Source of the DNA: an uncultured Lachnospiraceae bacterium
Lineage (GTDB): Bacteria > Bacillota > Clostridia > Lachnospirales > Anaerotignaceae
Reading direction: 5' to 3'
Assembly: GCA_944384295.1 (NCBI GenBank)
Contig: CALWSU010000010.1
Span: 2,061 to 66,060, forward strand
DNA length: 64,000 nucleotides
Position 1 is the first letter of the stretch. Each line of letters begins with the position of its first letter. A program made the position numbers and the translations under genes. Shown piece by piece: positions 59,631 to 64,000 of the stretch. The notes under the pieces are model-generated. The model saw only the letters and a list, made by a program, of their open reading frames with translations. It was not told where the DNA came from and searched no databases.

Positions 59631-59897
59631 GGAATACCCCCTATCTATGTCCCCATATATGGAGCTTATTTATGGTTTTATTGTATCGAAAAGAATTTGT
59701 CATTTCAAGCGAAATACAAATCTTTCAGAAAAATATAAGAATTCGTATCACAATTTTGTAAAAAAATAGGACGGAAAATCAAACAATTTGTTTTTTCAGG
59801 AAAACACATGTTTTATGGAAAGCGTCAGAAAATTTTCACATTTTGTATGGCTTTTCCTGCAATCATACAAAATTGTGTCTATTTGTATAAAGACCTG

Positions 59898-59926
59898 TTT
59901 ACATTGCCGAAAGACTACCGTATAAT
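59898..59926 (+). promoter_or_regulatory. Putative sigma-A promoter of xpt
   Basis: TTTACA-17 bp-TATAAT. Confidence 0.6.
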
Positions 59927-60071
59927 AAATGTACTTTAGCAGGACAAGCACAGCCAATGACCAATCGGCAGAAATATACAAAAGGGCTGTGGTTGTTTAG
60001 GATACGGCAAGAGGAAGCGATGCAATAGGTGAAAGTTGCGGATTTTGTATTGGATAGAGGGAGAAGTTACC

Positions 60072-60647
60072 ATGGAGTTGTTGAAACAAAGAATATTGAA
60101 AGATGGCACAGAAATTGGCACAGAAGTGGTGAAGGTGGATTCGTTCTTAAACCATCAGTTGGATATTGGCTTGTTTATGGCTTTGGGAAAAGAAATCTAT
60201 CGACGTTTTGGACATTTGGGTATCAATAAAATATTGACGATAGAGTCTTCTGGTATTGGTATCGCAGCCGTTACGGCGATTTATTTTGAATTGGTACCAG
60301 TCGTGTTTGCGAAGAAAACACAACCCAATACTATGACAGAAGAATTTTATGGAGCGCCTGTAAAATCTTTTACAAAAGGTACCGTATCTATTGCACGCGT
60401 GTCCAAAAAGTATCTCAATGAAAATGACCGTGTATTGATTATTGATGATTTTTTGGCACATGGAGAAGCTGCCGCAGGGCTTGCCAATTTGGTAGAACAG
60501 GCAGGGGGTACCGTTTGTGGTATTGCGGCAATCATTGAGAAAGAATTCCAAGGTGGCAGCAAAAAATTGCGTGATGCTGGCTATTTGGTGGATTCTTTGG
60601 CAGTCATTACAAAAGTGGAAAATGGACATATCTATTTCAAAGACTAA
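60072..60647 (+). CDS. xpt: Xanthine phosphoribosyltransferase
   Basis: MELLKQRILKDG, KVDSFLNHQLD, TIESSGI, VFAKK, VLIIDDFLA.G.A, IEK.FQGG. Confidence 0.93.
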   Translation: MELLKQRILKDGTEIGTEVVKVDSFLNHQLDIGLFMALGKEIYRRFGHLGINKILTIESSGIGIAAVTAIYFELVPVVFAKKTQPNTMTEEFYGAPVKSFTKGTVSIARVSKKYLNENDRVLIIDDFLAHGEAAAGLANLVEQAGGTVCGIAAIIEKEFQGGSKKLRDAGYLVDSLAVITKVENGHIYFKD

Positions 60648-60810
60648 AAAATGAAAAATATAAAAAATAGAAGATACAGCCATAAGGGGTATTTTCATAA
60701 GAAAATAAAAATCGCTGGAATCCTTGCAATACAAGGGATTCCAGCGATTCTGTTTTTATTGGAATGGTTTTCTAAAGAACAGCCTGCTTACTATTGTATC
60801 TTTTTTTTGC

Positions 60811-61467
60811 TCAGATGCCAAAAAGTGTCAAAAGTTCTTGTGGTGTATGCACAACGGCGTCGGCTTGGCAAGCGTCAAATTCTGCTTGGCTGCCATAGCC
60901 ATATAATACACCAATAGCAGGAATCCCCAATGCGTGTGCGCCCTCTATATCATATTTGCGGTCGCCAATCATCACAACATCATCTTTTTTTGCCTGCATT
61001 TGTTCCAATACATAAGCAACAACTTTTTGCTTGTCTGTGCGTCCACCACCAGGCGCATCTCCGCCAATGACTTCAAAATAGGGAGTCAGCCCAAAGTGGT
61101 CTAAAATCCTTTGTGCGGTGCTTTGGTGTTTGGAAGTGGCAACGGCAAGGCGTTTGCCCTGTTTGCGCAATGCGGATAAGGTTTCTGGAATGTTGTCATA
61201 TACTTTATTTTCAAATAATCCTACATCAAAATAACGCTCTCTAAAATAGGAGATTGCCTGCTGGACTTGTGTTTCTGACATACCCATCCCTTGCCCAAAA
61301 CTGACAGTTAATGGTGGTCCAATCATAAAAGCAAGTTCTGATTCACTCCAAACACGCATACCCATTTTTTTTTGCATATATTGCGCAGAACGTAGGATAC
61401 CTTCCGCAGAGTCGGTCAATGTACCGTCTAAATCGAATAATAATATATTTTGTTTCCAATTCCCCAT
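60811..61467 (-). CDS. HAD family hydrolase (phosphoglycolate phosphatase / nucleotidase-like)
   Basis: LFDLDGTLTDS, VATSK, MIGDRKYDIEGA. Confidence 0.9.
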   Translation of the reverse strand: MGNWKQNILLFDLDGTLTDSAEGILRSAQYMQKKMGMRVWSESELAFMIGPPLTVSFGQGMGMSETQVQQAISYFRERYFDVGLFENKVYDNIPETLSALRKQGKRLAVATSKHQSTAQRILDHFGLTPYFEVIGGDAPGGGRTDKQKVVAYVLEQMQAKKDDVVMIGDRKYDIEGAHALGIPAIGVLYGYGSQAEFDACQADAVVHTPQELLTLFGI

Positions 61468-61602
61468 ATGATTTTTTCCTCTCTTTTGCTATTGTGCCTA
61501 CAATTTGTATATCATTTTACACCACGACAGAAAAGCTGTAAAGAGCAATACAAAAGGGCGGAAACATCAAATAAATTTTTTTGAAAAATTTTTTGAAAAG
61601 TC

Positions 61603-61631
61603 TGCAACTTTTTCTGTGGCTGGTGCATCTA
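61603..61631 (+). promoter_or_regulatory. Putative ECF-sigma (autoregulatory) promoter
   Basis: TGCAAC-16 bp-GCATCTA directly upstream of the ECF sigma gene. Confidence 0.5.
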
Positions 61632-61666
61632 ATCATCAGAAACACATTGAGAGAGGAGCTTACCCT

Positions 61667-62167
61667 ATGAGAATGACCCGGGAAACCCAAGTGCAGGAGC
61701 TTCTTCTCCAACAATATGAAAGATATTATCGGTTGGCATACAGTTATGTGCGTAACGAGCAAGACGCTTTAGATATTGTACAAGAAAGCGCATATCGCGC
61801 AATGCGGGATTGTCGTCAAGTACGTAACGATACCTATTTGTCAACGTGGATCTATCGTATTGTAATCAATACCGCGCTAGAGTTTTTAAGAAAACATAAG
61901 CGAGAGGCATTGGTGGAGGAGGTGATCGAACCATTTCAGACAAAGCAGGAGTTTGATGAAACGCTTTCCCTATTGCATTGCCGTTGGGAATTGGCGGAGA
62001 TATTAGAGCATCTGCCAGCAAAAGATAAAACAGTGATTTTATTGCGTTTTTTTGAAGATTGCAAATTAGAAGATATTGCCCAGATTACGGGCGAAAATAT
62101 CAATACAGTGAAAGCGCGACTCTATCGCACATTGCGAAAACTGCGTCTGGAAGTGCCCAATATATAG
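61667..62167 (+). CDS. ECF sigma-70 factor (SigV-like)
   Basis: YRLAYSYVRNEQDALDIVQES, TWIYRIVINTA, region 4 IAQITGENINTVKARLYR. Confidence 0.9.
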   Translation: MRMTRETQVQELLLQQYERYYRLAYSYVRNEQDALDIVQESAYRAMRDCRQVRNDTYLSTWIYRIVINTALEFLRKHKREALVEEVIEPFQTKQEFDETLSLLHCRWELAEILEHLPAKDKTVILLRFFEDCKLEDIAQITGENINTVKARLYRTLRKLRLEVPNI

Positions 62168-62185
62168 AAAGGAGCGTCGGGGCTT

Positions 62186-63037
62186 ATGACAAAGCAATCC
62201 AAAGAAAATACAAAAAGCTTGCAGGATTTGCAGGCGGCTTATGAAGCAATCCCCGTACCAAAAGAAGCAAGAGAAAGAATAGAAATTGGTTTGACGAGAG
62301 CGAGAATAGAAAAGAAAAGGAGCATGCTTATGAAAAACTTGAAACGTACAGGCATTACAGCCGCAGCTGTTGTTTTAACATTTGGTATTGCAGTCAATGC
62401 AAGCCCCGCCGTAGCCAGCGCGATGGCGGGAATCCCTGTCATTGGAAGTATTGCGAAAGTGATTACTGTGCACACATACACAGATGAAACCGATCACATG
62501 ATGGCGCAAATTGATGTACCACAAATCGACGGGAAAGTGCCTGCAAATGCAGAAATTGAAAAATATGCACAAGATTTGATTGCACAATATGAAGCGGAAG
62601 TTGCACAGGTGCAGGGCGAAGGTCATTATGCCATGGAATCCAGTTATCAGGTAGTATCTGATTATGGAAAATATGTGAGTATTCAAATCAATACTGTAAT
62701 CACACAAGCCAGCGGCGCGCAATATGTCAAGATTTTTACAGTAGATAAAACCACAGGACAAACAGTAGCATTGTCTGATGTGATTGCAGATCCTGCGGTA
62801 TTGACAAAAATGAGTGAAAATATTCGCGAACAAATGCAACAGCAAATGGCACAGGACGAAAGCAAAATATATTTTGCAGAAGGTGACCCAGGCGCATTCT
62901 CTGGCTTGCAAGGAGATGAAAATTTCTATTTCAATGAAGCAGGAGAAATCGTCATTGTATTCAGTGAATATGAAGTTGCTCCTGGATATATGGGAACAGT
63001 AAGCTTCACCATTCCCAGTGAAGTCAGTGGTCTATAA
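62186..63037 (+). CDS. Anti-sigma factor, RsiV-like (DUF3298 domain)
   Basis: Short cytoplasmic N-terminus, TM ending VNASPAVA.AMA.IPVIGSIAKV, C-terminal FYFNE.G.IVIVF.EYEVAPGYMG. Confidence 0.85.
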   Translation: MTKQSKENTKSLQDLQAAYEAIPVPKEARERIEIGLTRARIEKKRSMLMKNLKRTGITAAAVVLTFGIAVNASPAVASAMAGIPVIGSIAKVITVHTYTDETDHMMAQIDVPQIDGKVPANAEIEKYAQDLIAQYEAEVAQVQGEGHYAMESSYQVVSDYGKYVSIQINTVITQASGAQYVKIFTVDKTTGQTVALSDVIADPAVLTKMSENIREQMQQQMAQDESKIYFAEGDPGAFSGLQGDENFYFNEAGEIVIVFSEYEVAPGYMGTVSFTIPSEVSGL

Positions 63038-63095
63038 TGGTAGCGCGCAAAAATATGTATTTTTTCATAGTCGAACATTAAAACATCAAAACATC

Positions 63096-63187
63096 AAAAT
63101 ATAAAAATATAAAAATATAAAAATATAAAAATATAAAAATATAAAAATATAAAAATATAAAAATATAAAAATATAAAAATATAAAAT
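63096..63187 (+). repeat. Simple sequence repeat (ATAAAAAT)10 plus partial units
   Basis: Ten perfect 8-mers at 63101-63180, preceded by two AAAACATC variants. Confidence 0.92.
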
Positions 63188-63566
63188 AGCACATCCTCAC
63201 TCCTTTAGAAAGAGTCTGTCCATCCGATACACCCCCTTGTATTTTGTGACAGACTCTTTTTATGATGTTTTTAAAAAAATATATATTTTATGGAAATACC
63301 AAAGGAAAGCATGGTATTTCTTCTAATGGATATATGGTTCTAAAATGGCATAAAATCAAGAAAAAAATCGATTTTATACTACAATAATATAGAATATATT
63401 CTATACTTTATTCTGTATTTCAGTCTAATTTTAGTTGTGATATACTATGCTAGAAAAACACCAGACCATACTTTGTTTGAAAAAATAATAGGCAAACACA
63501 AACATGCAGATATGCAAATATGCACAAACGGACTGGGGAGAGAAAACAGGGAAAGGATTTGAGAAC

Positions 63567-64000
63567 ATGCTATCAGCAAAGGTATGTATCATGCTTGCCA
63601 TAGCCGTTTATTTGATTGCTATGTTGGGCGTAGGCATTTATTGTGCCAAAAAGAATAACAATGTAGATGATTTTTACTTAGGGGGACGGAAATTAGGACC
63701 TTTTGTCACTGCCATGAGTGCAGAGGCTTCTGATATGAGTAGTTGGCTTTTGATGGGGCTGCCAGGGGTTGCCTATTTGACAGGTGTGGCAGATGCTGCT
63801 TGGACAGCCATTGGTCTAGCCATTGGGACTTATTTCAACTGGCTGATTATTGCAAAAAGAATCCGTATTTATTCACATGTAGCGGCAAACTCAATTACGG
63901 TACCAGACTTTTTTTCTCGTCGCTATCGTGACAACAAAAATATATTGATGTGTATTTCTGCAATTGTCATTATTGTATTTTTTATTCCGTATACTGCTTC
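63567..64000 (+). CDS. putP: Sodium/proline symporter, truncated by the window end (not in the ORF track)
   Basis: Frame from ATG 63567 reads MLSAKVCIMLAIAVYLIAML...DDFYLGGRKLGPFVTAMSAEASDMSSWLLMGLPG, the PutP signature. Confidence 0.9.
   Translation, partial: MLSAKVCIMLAIAVYLIAMLGVGIYCAKKNNNVDDFYLGGRKLGPFVTAMSAEASDMSSWLLMGLPGVAYLTGVADAAWTAIGLAIGTYFNWLIIAKRIRIYSHVAANSITVPDFFSRRYRDNKNILMCISAIVIIVFFIPYTA

Overview
Ordinary-looking chromosomal segment of an anaerobic, spore-forming Clostridia bacterium (Lachnospirales/Anaerotignum-like; inferred from gene content only). It holds about 55 protein genes: housekeeping and repair (pgm, nfo, ogt, cca, ychF, efp, argGH, thiD, asnB, malQ, xpt, putP), sporulation-type genes (YhcN/YlaJ lipoprotein, CwlD-like amidase, S8 protease cluster, YtfI/YtfJ-GerW) and a cell-envelope acylation block (wecB, SLH-transglutaminase, MBOAT, DHHW/AlgJ-like protein, lipoprotein). 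It also has one tRNA-Lys, a THF riboswitch and a TPP riboswitch. I see no CRISPR array, cas gene, transposase, integrase or prophage gene. The main unexplained signals are: (1) five co-oriented copies of a 229-352 bp non-coding, hairpin-rich MITE-like element with imperfect terminal inverted repeats, copy-specific target duplications of 7-31 bp, compensatory base changes and two optional plug-in modules present in all four combinations; (2) a 280-nt intergenic run of five hairpins with Shine-Dalgarno/GGA-like loops after thiD; (3) an orphan Card1/Can2-like CARF-nuclease gene with no CRISPR locus nearby; (4) an in-frame wecB fusion that retains an internal RBS. All family assignments come from motif recognition by eye; no searches were run.
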